NCBI RefSeq assembly: GCF_027921745.1
Contig: NC_079239.1
Span: forward strand, 992,001 to 1,056,000
Direction: 5' to 3'
Length of the DNA stretch: 64,000 bases
Source of the DNA: Schizosaccharomyces osmophilus
Lineage: Eukaryota
Of the stretch, positions 34,256 to 45,339 are shown piece by piece. Every line of letters begins with the position of its first letter. Position 1 is the first letter of the stretch. Under the pieces are notes generated by a model that did not search any database, was not told the DNA's origin, and saw only the letters and a program-made list of their open reading frames with translations. The position numbers and the translations under genes were made by a program.

Positions 34256-35710
34256 TTAAGATGCTTCAGATGATGATGTGACAAGTTTCGACTTTTTTGG
34301 AGAAGTAATCTGGATTCCATCGCCGCCCTGATCTACCGTATCCTCTTCAAGTATGTTATCGAAATCATCCAGTCTCCGTTTACCATTTTGTGTTTGACTT
34401 TCTTTTATTACATCAAGTTTCACTTGCTCTTCATCCAGAAACGATTCAAAAGGAGTCGTACTAGATACCATTTCACCATTATTGTTTATATCCTCCAAAA
34501 TGGAACCCAAAGCACTGTCATCCAAATGTTCAGCGGTTAGGTCACTAACATCTATCCCTGGTTGTTCATCGGCTGCTATATGCTCCGTCGCAGGAATTTT
34601 TGTGTTTTGAAAATTACTGTTGTTCGAGAAGACTTCTCCTTCATCCAATACATTCTTGGCAGTATGTGTTTGATCATCAGTAGTAGTGTCAGGAGGAATG
34701 TCTTCCTCGGATTCCTTTGATAGATCTGGAACCAGCGCTGAAGCTTCGTTGCTGTCTTCATCTAAATCGAGTTCACTGGCGCTAGCTCCAGAGACATCTT
34801 GGACAAGCGTGTTGTATCTAGCAATAAACCGAGGTTGAGTCGTAAATAACACAGAAAATGAGTTTCCATGGCTGCAATGTACAGATAAAAGTTCTAGAAT
34901 ATCGACTAGATGAATTTGATTGGCATAAACGTTATCTTCAGCGATTTTTAAATTCAAATCTGAAAATTCGCACACTAACTCCGACTCAGAACCTAATGCA
35001 TCCAGAGATTCCAGACGTGCACGCACAATTCCAAATAAGTCTTCTAAAGTATTTTCGCTCAAATCGTCAGAAGTAGAATAAATAAATGCATTGCCATCGT
35101 TATTGTCAATAAAAGAGCAAACACTTGAATCTGGAAACAAAACCAAGCCTTTGGATACCCACTCGAAATCCAATACATCATTGCTCGGTGCCATGTCTGA
35201 CCCTTCTTCTGTTTTAGTAGTTACAGGTTTGGTTTTTGTTACATCTGTAAAATCAGATAAATCTTTAGATTCTTCTCCTTTTTCTTCTTCTTCTTCGCCA
35301 CCCTGTTCAACAAAAGATTGTGAATCATCAACATCTACTACATGTTCATCATCACGAACTTGTTCTTTTGTTTCTTGATCCTGAACATTCACAGAATCGG
35401 ACTTTACTTTCGGCGATTCACTTCCATGTTCATCTTCGTCAACCGATTTTTCTGCTACTTTTGGTTCAGCAATCTTCGTTTGCCCTTCATTCTCTCCCGT
35501 TTGGGATTTCTCAGCTGAATCCAACCCATCAGAAGGCATGGTATTCTTTTCAGCATCAGGCGTCAATGCTTCCTCTACCTGTACTGACATATTTGGTGAA
35601 CTGTGCCAAGTATTCTCTATTGTTTGATTGTGAAATGTTTTTGTATCCATAAACACCAGTGTTTTTACTGGAGCATAAATCAAAGTCTCTTCAAAAGCAA
35701 CTTCACTCAT
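34256..35710 (-). CDS. Acidic, largely disordered fungal protein (recalled as SPCC1442.04c-like)
   Basis: 484-aa ATG ORF, E/D-rich, with a central globular-looking block (LFGIVR...ELVCEFSDLNLKIAEDNVY...QPRFIARYN) and a C-terminal basic NLS-like segment. Confidence 0.7.
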   Translation of the reverse strand: MSEVAFEETLIYAPVKTLVFMDTKTFHNQTIENTWHSSPNMSVQVEEALTPDAEKNTMPSDGLDSAEKSQTGENEGQTKIAEPKVAEKSVDEDEHGSESPKVKSDSVNVQDQETKEQVRDDEHVVDVDDSQSFVEQGGEEEEEKGEESKDLSDFTDVTKTKPVTTKTEEGSDMAPSNDVLDFEWVSKGLVLFPDSSVCSFIDNNDGNAFIYSTSDDLSENTLEDLFGIVRARLESLDALGSESELVCEFSDLNLKIAEDNVYANQIHLVDILELLSVHCSHGNSFSVLFTTQPRFIARYNTLVQDVSGASASELDLDEDSNEASALVPDLSKESEEDIPPDTTTDDQTHTAKNVLDEGEVFSNNSNFQNTKIPATEHIAADEQPGIDVSDLTAEHLDDSALGSILEDINNNGEMVSSTTPFESFLDEEQVKLDVIKESQTQNGKRRLDDFDNILEEDTVDQGGDGIQITSPKKSKLVTSSSEAS

Positions 35711-36061
35711 AAATATTTGGAAATCAATGCTAAACCTGTTCTTTGTTAGTAGTTTTCTGTAGTTACCTTTTTTCTCTAAATAATTGTAGTTGGCGAAAGG
35801 TTAGTCGTCTTGAGCAACCATCGTCCTTCACCACCTTCAGTTACCTTCCTGTTCGGTACAGTTCGGTATTCTATTTTTGCGTGGATTCCTAAATGATCGT
35901 TCCATGCTATTTACATGCGACTGGAATTTACGTAGATTTCCATAGTAGTATCGAAATCGGTTAATGGCAATGGCTTTTGCTGGCCTGCAATTAAGAGCTA
36001 CAATTTTTTATTGTTGAACTTACAACCATACATACAATTCAATGTCCAGACAAACAACACG

Positions 36062-36144
36062 TCCCGGGTAGCTCAATCGGTTTAGAGCGTCTGACTCTTA
36101 TGAAGGACATCAGAAGGTTGCGAGTTCGATTCTCGCCTTGGGAG
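36062..36144 (+). tRNA. tRNA-Lys(CTT) with an 8-nt intron
   Basis: TCCCGGG/CTTGGGA acceptor, TCTGA-CT-CTT-A[TGAAGGAC]A-TCAGA, GCGAG-TTCGATT-CTCGC, then a T-run. Confidence 0.93.
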
Positions 36145-36481
36145 TTCTTTTTGCAAATGTCAGCTATTGTGCTGGAGACTTACAGTCCATCCAAGAGAGA
36201 GGAAATGATTGACCTGCTTTTTATGACTGTTGACTCCGTCCTCTCTCTGAGAACAACTGAAATCGTCAGCTACAGTCGGAGTAAGGATGGAGATGCTCAG
36301 CTATTGCAAACAAGAATGTACGACCAATTCATCGTATAAAATAAATACAAGATATCACACATGAACTTTCAAGACGGCCTTCAAAAGTCGGAAGACTCAT
36401 TTGCATTCTTTCTCAGATATCAGTCTCAGATATCAGTTTGTTTGTCATATTTAAGTATTAGCATATATTTGATCAACAAGT

Positions 36482-36553
36482 GGCCGTTTGGTCTAGTGGT
36501 ATGATACCATCTTAGGGTGATGGTGGTCCTGGGTTCGATTCCCAGAACAGCCC
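36482..36553 (+). tRNA. tRNA-Pro(AGG)
   Basis: GGCCGTT/AACAGCC acceptor (one C-A mismatch), CCATC-TT-AGG-GT-GATGG, CTGGG-TTCGATT-CCCAG, then a T6 terminator. Confidence 0.9.
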
Positions 36554-36837
36554 GTCTTTTTTACAGCTTTACGTACAGAATTTTTTAAACGCCAGTTCGG
36601 ACCAAATTGTTTAATTTGAACGTTTTTAAAAGTCTTACGAAAGATCGAGATGACACTTGAGAATCAAACCGCTCTTACAAGGAGGTGGCACTCAATGTAA
36701 AGCTACCTTTTACCGATTTACTCTGTATGTCGTTGCATCGAATAAGCATTTCCGTTACACATCGCAATCGTGAGAGGTATACGTATGTCCTAGTTGAAGA
36801 AGTGCTTTGCTATACCAAATACATCCAAAATTAAAAA

Positions 36838-37716
36838 ATGTCAAAACTTAGGTCTACAGTTGGACCAAAAGATACTATAATTGATTCTAAAGAAACAAAT
36901 GACAAGGAGACAAAGCTACTGGCTTACGTGAATGACAACCGACACTTTTCTTTAATAAGGTAGGATTCAAAGACTTGGTGGACTCTGGCTGTTGAGAGAT
37001 ATCTGTCATAGAGAACCAGTTGGTTGATGGAATAAAAGACTAACGATTGATAGAGCCTTGCACCTTGCAGATTTAATTACTCTATTCAATGGATTTTGTG
37101 GTGTTATGAGTATTTTCTCCAGTTTGCGCTACTGTCTAAGTGGCCAAACAAGCTCCAAGTATCTGGTTCGTGCTATGTATTTTATGCCATTTGCTCTTTT
37201 CTTTGATTTCCTCGATGGAAAAGTAGCCCGCTGGCGTGGAAAGTCATCTTTAATGGGACAAGAACTGGATAGTTTGGCTGACTTGGTATGCAAAGATAGT
37301 TTACAACCTCTAAACTTGGTGATGAACTAACCTTTTTCGTTCAGATATCCTTTGGTGTGTGCCCTGCCGTTTTCGCTTTTTGTTGCGGCTTTCAGACCTT
37401 CCTTGATTTAATGATCCTTAGTTTTTTCTGCCTCTGTGGAATTACTCGTTTGGCTCGCTTTAACGTTTCCGTAAACTCTATTCCTAAAGATGAATCGGGA
37501 AAATCACAGTTTTTTGAAGGAACCCCAGTTCCCACTACTCTTGGCTTGGTTTCTACACTTGCTTTTTGCATGGTCAAAGGAAGAATTCATGAGGAACTTC
37601 CAGGCGGCATTTGGTTTTCAGGCACGCCCTTTGAAGTCCATCCCATGGTATCTCTCTATGCCTTGAGTGGAATTGCTATGACCAGTAAGAAACTTCGTGT
37701 CCCAAAGTGTATGTGA
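36838..37716 (+). CDS. pps1: CDP-diacylglycerol-serine O-phosphatidyltransferase; exons 36838-36959, 37054-37285, 37345-37716
   Basis: The CDP-alcohol phosphotransferase motif DFLDGKVAR...[14 protein letters not shown] spans intron 2. RLARFN is present. Confidence 0.95.
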
Positions 37717-38373
37717 ACTCTTCAGCTTGTTTTTATTTTCTTTATTTTCTAACCGTGTTAGTTTAAGAGCATTTTTTAAATCTTGTACTTGCTAATTATA
37801 ACCTTTTTTCCCCTTCATTATTTCTGTTCATTGTACGTTTGCTTATCCATGTTGGTTTTTTGGTTTAGCTAGACTTTTCGAAAGCTAGCTTCAGCTCTAT
37901 CTATCCTTCTCATCATGCGTCGATAGTTTTCTCAATCTTTATAATGATTTGTTTCCCTTGACCTCTACTTTAGCTAGGCAATTATCCTTCAGTCTTACAC
38001 CCATCCAAAGTTTTCTTATTAGCCTTCATGATTCTTTCTCCTACATCACAATACATCGTGTGTCAATAGAAAAAAAAATGTTTTCCTAGATACTTTTACT
38101 ATGGCTACCCACGTTAAAAATGAATCGCAAATTTAAGAATTCCCAATGGTAAACACGTCTTGATTCATCTGTTCACGATTTTGTTTGATGATCAATGTTT
38201 CATTCCTGAGAAGAAAACTGAAAAAAAAAGAAACTCATAAATTAATAAATAAATACCTCCTCTTAAACATAGCATCCGTTGACCACTGTAACGAAAACAT
38301 ATATAAAAAACCATATAGCAGTTTCGGTAGACTACTAAAAAAATAGAAAATCGATTTGTCTTTTTGTTTTTTA

Positions 38374-38964
38374 TTACTCCAATCCGCGTTTGTTGTTTTT
38401 CACCACCGCAGCAACAGGGTCTGTAATGCCTTGATTATCAGATCCAAGACCCATACCACCACTCCAGCCCATACTTTCAAGCAACTTTTTACCTTTTCCT
38501 CCTTGAATAATTGGAGCAGAGGAGCCAACAACTTGGCCATCCAATTGGCGCTTGGAAGTAAGGCTAGTTTCTTTCTTAACAGTTTTGACCTTTTTGTGCT
38601 TCCTAGATGAGTCAGGTAGCTCTTGAAGTTTGCTTTTTCTCTTCTTATGGATTTTTACGTCTGTTCCAAGAGCATAGTGACGGTCATGCTCAACAAGGCT
38701 CAACATATCAGCTTCATGATCGGGAATTTGTTCCATGTAATCGTTCCTTGCACTTTTCTTGCCAAACAAAGCTTGGAACTTTGAGTAAGCATCTTCATCG
38801 CTAAGATGTCTTTTTCCTTTTTTTCTTTTATTGGGGACAACTTTGTTTTTTCTTGGAATAGGTTTTGACTGAACTTTCGCAGATTGTATTTTTGCAGATT
38901 GAGCTTCTGCACTCTCCCACTGCTTTGAAGAAATGGGAACTCCGTCATCGATAATAACTGCCAT
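38374..38964 (-). CDS. Small G-patch domain protein (Sqs2-like)
   Basis: Lys-rich, with a C-terminal GKGKKLLESMGWSGGMGLG...GI...K...RGL G-patch. Confidence 0.85.
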   Translation of the reverse strand: MAVIIDDGVPISSKQWESAEAQSAKIQSAKVQSKPIPRKNKVVPNKRKKGKRHLSDEDAYSKFQALFGKKSARNDYMEQIPDHEADMLSLVEHDRHYALGTDVKIHKKRKSKLQELPDSSRKHKKVKTVKKETSLTSKRQLDGQVVGSSAPIIQGGKGKKLLESMGWSGGMGLGSDNQGITDPVAAVVKNNKRGLE

Positions 38965-39317
38965 ATTCGAAGAATTAATTCAATTTGTATACCAGAATTC
39001 TTATCAACGCCACGATGCAAAAAGAAATTGATCTTCTCTAGTCCTTGAGTAGCTAGAAACTGTAAACTGTGAATAACGTATCCCAAATGCTGGCATTGAT
39101 TAAAACATGAAATCAAATAACTATCACTTTGTCGTATTTCACAGATTATCCCAAGAAATGGTTTTCTACTCTGTCGCGCCCATATCCAAAGTCGGTGCAA
39201 ATGGCTTATGGTAGCAATGTTACCTCAGCATGGGCAAAACTTTGGATATGTAAATAATACTAAAAATTGGTGTCTCACATGCAAGTTATCTTACTTATAT
39301 AAAACCATAATTCAATA

Positions 39318-39327
39318 GAACAAAGAA
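39318..39327 (-). promoter_or_regulatory. Ste11 TR-box consensus
   Basis: TTCTTTGTTC on the minus strand, about 350 bp upstream of the G-patch gene. It is a single site and could be chance. Confidence 0.35.
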
Positions 39328-39864
39328 ATAGTCTAGCTGTGGCACCAATGACGATAATTCTTACAATGGATGCATTGCTGGTATTGCATTATTAGCTTTC
39401 TTTCATACTTGCAACACGAATTTGGAAAAATCACAACCCACAGGAACCTTTGAGAATGTAAATAGGAAACGATCACACTAACAAGTCATAGGTTAGAGGG
39501 TTAGCTTCGAGTTGATTGATGTTTCAGTATAGTACCATTCAAAGTTTTCGTGTGATGTTTAAGTGGTAACCAAAAATTTGAATTGTATTTTATGGTTCAA
39601 GAATGGGAATCGTATATTCAAATAGCCAAATAAGATATCCACATTGCAAATGCAAGAAATTTAAACATTTTTTGAAAACTTACTGTTAAAAAAATGCAGT
39701 GTGGAAAGAGCTTTTTGATTTCACCTTTTACCGTGAAATACCAACATGAGAATTAGGAGTGGAGTAATTGAGAATATAGATAGATTCAATTATCTTGTAA
39801 CGTCAAGGTATTTTCTTCCTTCATTGCCGGCATCAACGCATTACCTAGATTTCATGACAATCGT

Positions 39865-40266
39865 TTACTGCAAACGGGAGCGAATTTCATTACCAAGTTC
39901 TGCCAAATCTTCCTTGGAAGTAGGATAAGTAGGCCAACCGACACCCAAACCGTATTCCTCATTGGGCTTGGGAATGATGTGGAAATGAACGTGGTCCACA
40001 AACTGATGAGCTATACGACCGTTGTTCTGCAGAAAGTTGTAGTTCTCAGCACCAATGGCCTTGGCTACCTTCTTGGAAACAGGAAGAATATCAGCCAAGC
40101 TCTCGTCACTCAAGCCTGTTAATTTTTCAGAGTGCTCTTTCGGGATTACTAGAGCATGGCCTTTAGCGGTAGGGGAAATGTCAAGAAAAGAGAGAGTCTT
40201 TGCGGTCTCTGCAAGCTTCACACAAGGAATATCTCCGCGAATAATTTTACAAAAGATGCAACTCAT
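39865..40266 (-). CDS. hnt1: HIT-family adenosine monophosphoramidase
   Basis: CIFCKII, FLDISP, GHALVIPK, HVHFHIIP histidine triad. Confidence 0.96.
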   Translation of the reverse strand: MSCIFCKIIRGDIPCVKLAETAKTLSFLDISPTAKGHALVIPKEHSEKLTGLSDESLADILPVSKKVAKAIGAENYNFLQNNGRIAHQFVDHVHFHIIPKPNEEYGLGVGWPTYPTSKEDLAELGNEIRSRLQ

Positions 40267-40713
40267 ATTTTGTTGTTCTAGGAAAATTCAGGCTATTTCG
40301 GTCACCTATTATATATGTCACCACTTGTTACTTTTATGAGTATCGAAAATATTGTCTTAAAGCAACAGCGTTTGTTTATATCCTATTTTTTGCAAATTCA
40401 TGTAGAAAATTGAAATTAATAAATGATAGAGTACCACGAAGAAGTAGACCATTTATATAAAGAAATTGTAAGGTCGTTCATCTTTGGGTAAACCGGCTTG
40501 GAAATGTTTGTAGAGGATAGGTTTATGAAAAGTTTCACCATACAAATGAAGTGCTAAGATCTTGGCATTCATGCGTAGTAATGATTGTATCTTTTAAGAA
40601 AGGTGTCCCTCCAAATAGTCAAATTCGACCACGGCATGTTAGGGTATATCTAGATCAAAAGAAAATTTCCCTATAAATTGACGGTAAAACCCCATATATT
40701 CTCTTTCCTAAGC

Positions 40714-41385
40714 TTAGTTAGGTTTTCCTTTTTTCTGTGCCTTTAGGGGACGCAAAACCAAACGAGGATCTCCTTGTTTAAACATATTCCGTAAACAGAT
40801 ATTTTGCACAAGGGAGTAAATAGCAGATGTCGTCCAGTACAACGATAAAGCTGTAGAAGTTTTGAAAGCCATGAATGAGACGGCAAAGGCGGACAGAATA
40901 CCAGCTGTGTTGAAGATTCGCAGTAGCCGGGAATCCTGCGGCCTCCGAAGAATGGACATATTGGTTAGATAGGTACATGCTAGAATGGCCGGTAAAACTC
41001 CAAGTGGATCAGGCATAGTCAAGTCGGGAAACCAAAGCATGCCCTCAGTGGACATGCTATCCGGAGACACCTCTACGGCCTTACGAAGTTGAAAAGACGC
41101 AAAGGCGAACAAGGGTAGTTGCGTAAAAGGCAACGCGTAAAGCTTAACTGGATGACAACTAAGCCTCTTATATATCTTACTCCGAAACGTTTTATATGCT
41201 TTGTCGTCCGGGCATCTCTTTTTTGCTTCCTTTAACAAAGGTTGAACTTGACCATACCTGCGTGCAGTTTTTATGCTATAAATAGCTAAAGGCAATGTAA
41301 TCGTGGAACGAAGAAAAATTGCCATCGCAGGAATTTCAAAACACCATGGCATATACGCATGGCAGTTTAATAACGTTTGCAACAT
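40714..41385 (-). CDS. cox18: Mitochondrial Oxa1/YidC-family insertase Cox18
   Basis: PW...LR...TLPL, QLPLF, GMLWFPDLTMPDP, LYWTTS...SLVQN. Confidence 0.85.
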   Translation of the reverse strand: MLQTLLNCHAYMPWCFEIPAMAIFLRSTITLPLAIYSIKTARRYGQVQPLLKEAKKRCPDDKAYKTFRSKIYKRLSCHPVKLYALPFTQLPLFAFASFQLRKAVEVSPDSMSTEGMLWFPDLTMPDPLGVLPAILACTYLTNMSILRRPQDSRLLRIFNTAGILSAFAVSFMAFKTSTALSLYWTTSAIYSLVQNICLRNMFKQGDPRLVLRPLKAQKKGKPN

Positions 41386-41931
41386 TTTCTTCGCGGTTCA
41401 CCGGCCAAGCAGGTTTTCTTGATTAATATTGTCTAATGAATGAAATGTTTGATTGACTTCGACACTTTATAAAGTAAAAGAACTGGTAAAAGCAAGGACT
41501 CTTATGCTCAATCCAATTTTTTTTAATTAGCGCGGGTAATGTCTTCCTTTGGATGGGCACGCGGTATTCATTTTATTTTTTGAAGGAATTTTCGTGTTTT
41601 GTTTTTTCAATATATATATGTAAGTAAGGAAAAATCCTTCGGTATATTTGATTTAAAGTATTTCATCCGTAATGTTGGAAAAACGCCTACCTTTGACAAC
41701 ATGGTTTCAACTGTTTCTGATCAATGATACTACCTTTCGTCGACGTGATTTGCTTTTGTAAATTGTCACTAAATTAAGAACTACGAATCGAAAAGTCGTC
41801 AAAACAGAACATTAACATTTGCACTTCACTCAATTGCCCTGATCCTCATCAAAGCAGATTGTAAATAACTTAAAATAATCTTTCAAATATATAAATTATC
41901 GTTACTCTTAAATTATATCAGTATCACAGAT

Positions 41932-42921
41932 TTAAGCATCCGTCAAGTCTTCGTTACAAGAAAGCAAAAGTTTACCAGTAGTAGCTCTGCTTTGGAACTT
42001 ATCATGAGCTTCCTTAGCCTCTTCTAATTTCCAAGTGTGATGGATGGCAATATTCAGCTTGTGTTTTATAATTTCGTCCCAAAGCTTGCTTGTGTAACGG
42101 TCAAATGTTTCTCCAGAGTCTAAATATCCAAAAAGGGTAGGACGAACAACTTTGATGCATTTAGAAGTAATCAAATTAAAAGGCACAGATTCGATTATTC
42201 CACTTGCATTACCAAAGGTTACAAAGGTACCACCGTTACGGAGTGAGCTTATGGACGCTTTCATGGTATCTTTGCCGACAGAGTCAAAAGAAGCATGCGC
42301 ACCTTTACCGCCAGTTATTTGGAGAGATAAATCAACAACTTCTTGGTATGAGCAGGAAAACTCTGCTCCATTCTGAAGAGCAAGACTTCGTTTTTCAGGA
42401 CTTGAAGCAGTTGCAATAACGTGCACACCTCTACGTTTTAACATTTGGCATAAAAGTAGACCTACTCCTCCTGCAGCCGCGTGCACAATAACATAGTCTC
42501 CACTTTGTACCGGATATGCTTGTTCAATTAGTGCCAGGACGGTTATTCCTTGAAGTAAAGAAGCAGCAGCAACCTTGAGAGAAATTCCCTCTGGTACCTT
42601 GGCGGCTAAGACGGGAGGAACAAGATTGTATTGACCGTAAGAACCAGACATCGTCAAGTAAACAACACGGTCTCCAACCTTGAAGTTTTTGCTGCAAGTA
42701 GGACCCACTTCAGTAACAATACCTGATCCTTCTTTACCGGGCACAGAAGGCAGAGGAACAGGATACAATCCGGTTCTGCAATAAGTATCAATGTAATTTA
42801 TGCCCGCATATGCATCTTTCACTAATAGCATGTCTCCGTCAACTTTAGGGATTTCGCGTTTTACATATTGTAAGACGGAAGAGGGTCCGTATTTAGAGAA
42901 TTCAACAAGATAGTTTGACAT
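41932..42921 (-). CDS. zta1: NADPH:quinone oxidoreductase, zeta-crystallin type
   Basis: GINYIDTY...PGKEGSG, HAAAGGVG, DSVGKDT, FGNASG, TTGKLLL. Confidence 0.92.
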   Translation of the reverse strand: MSNYLVEFSKYGPSSVLQYVKREIPKVDGDMLLVKDAYAGINYIDTYCRTGLYPVPLPSVPGKEGSGIVTEVGPTCSKNFKVGDRVVYLTMSGSYGQYNLVPPVLAAKVPEGISLKVAAASLLQGITVLALIEQAYPVQSGDYVIVHAAAGGVGLLLCQMLKRRGVHVIATASSPEKRSLALQNGAEFSCSYQEVVDLSLQITGGKGAHASFDSVGKDTMKASISSLRNGGTFVTFGNASGIIESVPFNLITSKCIKVVRPTLFGYLDSGETFDRYTSKLWDEIIKHKLNIAIHHTWKLEEAKEAHDKFQSRATTGKLLLSCNEDLTDA

Positions 42922-43041
42922 CTTTGGTTATACTCACTATGGAATGTTCAAGAGTCAAGGAACGTGCAGTATCCAGTACCTCGCAGTTAATATATAGTAA
43001 AAGGATGTTCGGAAAGCGGAAATTGCATTTGTCATAAGATA

Positions 43042-43048
43042 TTACTAA
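43042..43048. promoter_or_regulatory. Pap1/Yap1-type site TTACTAA in the zta1 promoter
   Basis: TTACTAA lies about 120 bp upstream of the zta1 ATG, fitting an oxidative-stress gene. The motif is short. Confidence 0.35.
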
Positions 43049-43658
43049 TGCTTTGATACACTCATCAGATTGCGGTAAAATATTACGGAAGAATCCTTTT
43101 TAAACAACGACAGTTTTAACAAAGAAAACTACTTTATCTACTTTAAAACAACAATATTATTTACGAAGTTGGAAGTACGAATTTTCAGATTGGAAGATTC
43201 GACTGATCTGGCTTAATAAATCGAGTCGTCGTTTATTTAGCTACTTCAAGTCACTGGACTCTGAAAATACTTATAGAAGACATTAAATAGAGTTCAATGT
43301 ATACATATATAACTTTTTCAATCCATAAACTTACTTAGTGAACCAGATCCCTGGATGCTACACTATATATTTTATTAATTCTAAAAGCATCCAAATATGT
43401 ATACAATTCATATACAGTTGTAAGTATATTTTCTCATTACAAGTGAGATTTCGTCTGTGACAGCATCATTAAATTATTTATACATTAGAGCAACATGAGA
43501 TTTGTGTGGAAAAACTACAAGAAAAAAAATTGCTTGGCTTCCTAGAGAAGTAAAGTCAATAGAACTCGAAATTGAGACATGCAGCGATATAGTCGAATCG
43601 TATATTATTCGTAACTCATTCATTATGTTAGTAGAGGATGAAAGATAATAAAGAAAAG

Positions 43659-44581
43659 CTAAGTACGTTTCAAACTTTCTAAGCGAGCCGCTAATTCTTC
43701 AAAACTTGGCGGCTTATTCGAGTCGGGTTGTATTGGGTGAACAGTATTTTTCGCAGCAGGCGGAGAGTGAGAGCTGGGAGCATGTTTTGGAATTGTATGA
43801 GAGTTAGCAATCCCACTAGAAGGAACCCTAGATGCGGAAGAAGTAGACTGAGGGAGATCAGTCGTCTTGGATGCCTCATCCTGGGTTGATGATGGTGCTG
43901 ACGTATCTTGAGACGATGGAGCTAATGGAAGCAATTCCTCTACTTCTTTCGAAGAAGGAATCTCTTCCTTTCGGTATTCTTCAGGGAAATACGTCCGTCG
44001 TAGTTCTTCAATATAGCCATTTACCAACTCTTCAGATGGAATAGGAGGATATAATAGCTTGTAAAACTAAATTCGTAAAATGTTAGTCCAAGTATAACAA
44101 ACGGAGAATCTTGACTTACTTGCTCATCATTTTTGGATAAGTCAGGATCCGTTAGTTGAGTAAATTCCTTGCCATAAAGCCTTACTAAGTAGTCATGTAC
44201 CTGTTTCATAAAGGTTAGTTTCTTGTTTTCATTTTCTTGCTGACCTACAAATTTTAACTCTTTAATGGGTAATTGAGGAGCTGCAGCAAGGACGTGATAC
44301 AAAGACGATTTCCAAGGTGCTTCAGGTTCAAATCCACGTTTTTCCAATATAGAAGTACGATTGGCAAGAATCTCTGCATCTACCTGCAATAATTCAAGCA
44401 ATTCCATGTATACATCTTGCATAATCAACGGTTCCACTCGAGCTCGAGCTAAAGTTGATGAATAGGTTTTTAATCCAAAGGCTACTGTTCTCCTCGCTTG
44501 TTTTGCAAGAGCCTCTTCTTTTTTCCTTAGAATTTCCAGTCTAGTAGCAGCCAATTTTAGTTGTAGTTGAAGTTTCGACAT
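43659..44581 (-). CDS. ist1: ESCRT-III-associated Ist1; exons 44581-44249, 44200-44120, 44066-43659
   Basis: KLQLQLKLA..RL...ARARVE.LI..D...ELLE, a C-terminal MIM-like FEELAARLESLK, and two in-frame GT-AG introns. Confidence 0.9.
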
Positions 44582-45339
44582 AATGGTTGCAGTTCTCTGT
44601 AAAACCCCGATGGCCACGTTTTCTTTTTGTTTTTGAAAAGATAGATTCTATTGTCTTTTTGTTTAAATCACCAGCAGATGTGCCTTTCAAGCGAGGCTCC
44701 TTCTTGTTGTTTATACGGTTTGGTCACGTATATAAGCTACATCTTAACGCTCTCTTCTGTTTTTAAATTTGGAATTTCAAGTCCGTTTCTTCAGTTCAAA
44801 TTATTTTTAGTTTAATGTAAATTATATGAATGAGCTGGCCTCCTTCAATGCTGCTTTCTGAGAGTAAATAAAAGATTCAGAGATTCGGCGATGGCTTTGT
44901 GCTCCACGCCATAGTTTCACTACAAAGCTTCTCTAGCATGTTATAAAATAGATGCAGTCTGAAAACCGAGATTTTTAACCGGCTTCTGTCAACATGCCTG
45001 ATCCTCCCTTTTGAGTTCGACTATTCATAATCATTATATTATAAACCGAGCAGGATTCAGTTACGCGGCTTTTCATTAAGCAAAAAAAAAGGAAAAGAAA
45101 GAGGAAGAGACGATATACGCCGAATTCGATCATGTCTAATGGCTACTTGAACCACTTATGGAGAACAAGAATAAAACGAAATTCAATTCATTTAATTTAA
45201 TTTAAAAGTTAGAAACCTTTAGATGCTTGAGATGATTCTTTGTTAAACGCTGTGTCCTGTCTCATATTTTCCATTCTCATTTACTGAGTGTACCAACAAC
45301 TGCCTTTCTTGCCATAATCTTCTTTCTGGGTAAACCAGA

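Noticed and set aside
36100..36339. 79-aa ORF starting inside tRNA-Lys
   Set aside because: Its ATG lies at the tRNA anticodon loop/intron junction; spurious.
38700..39200. 166-aa minus-strand ORF overlapping the G-patch gene start
   Set aside because: Non-ATG start, overlaps the real gene in another frame, and has no recognisable homology.
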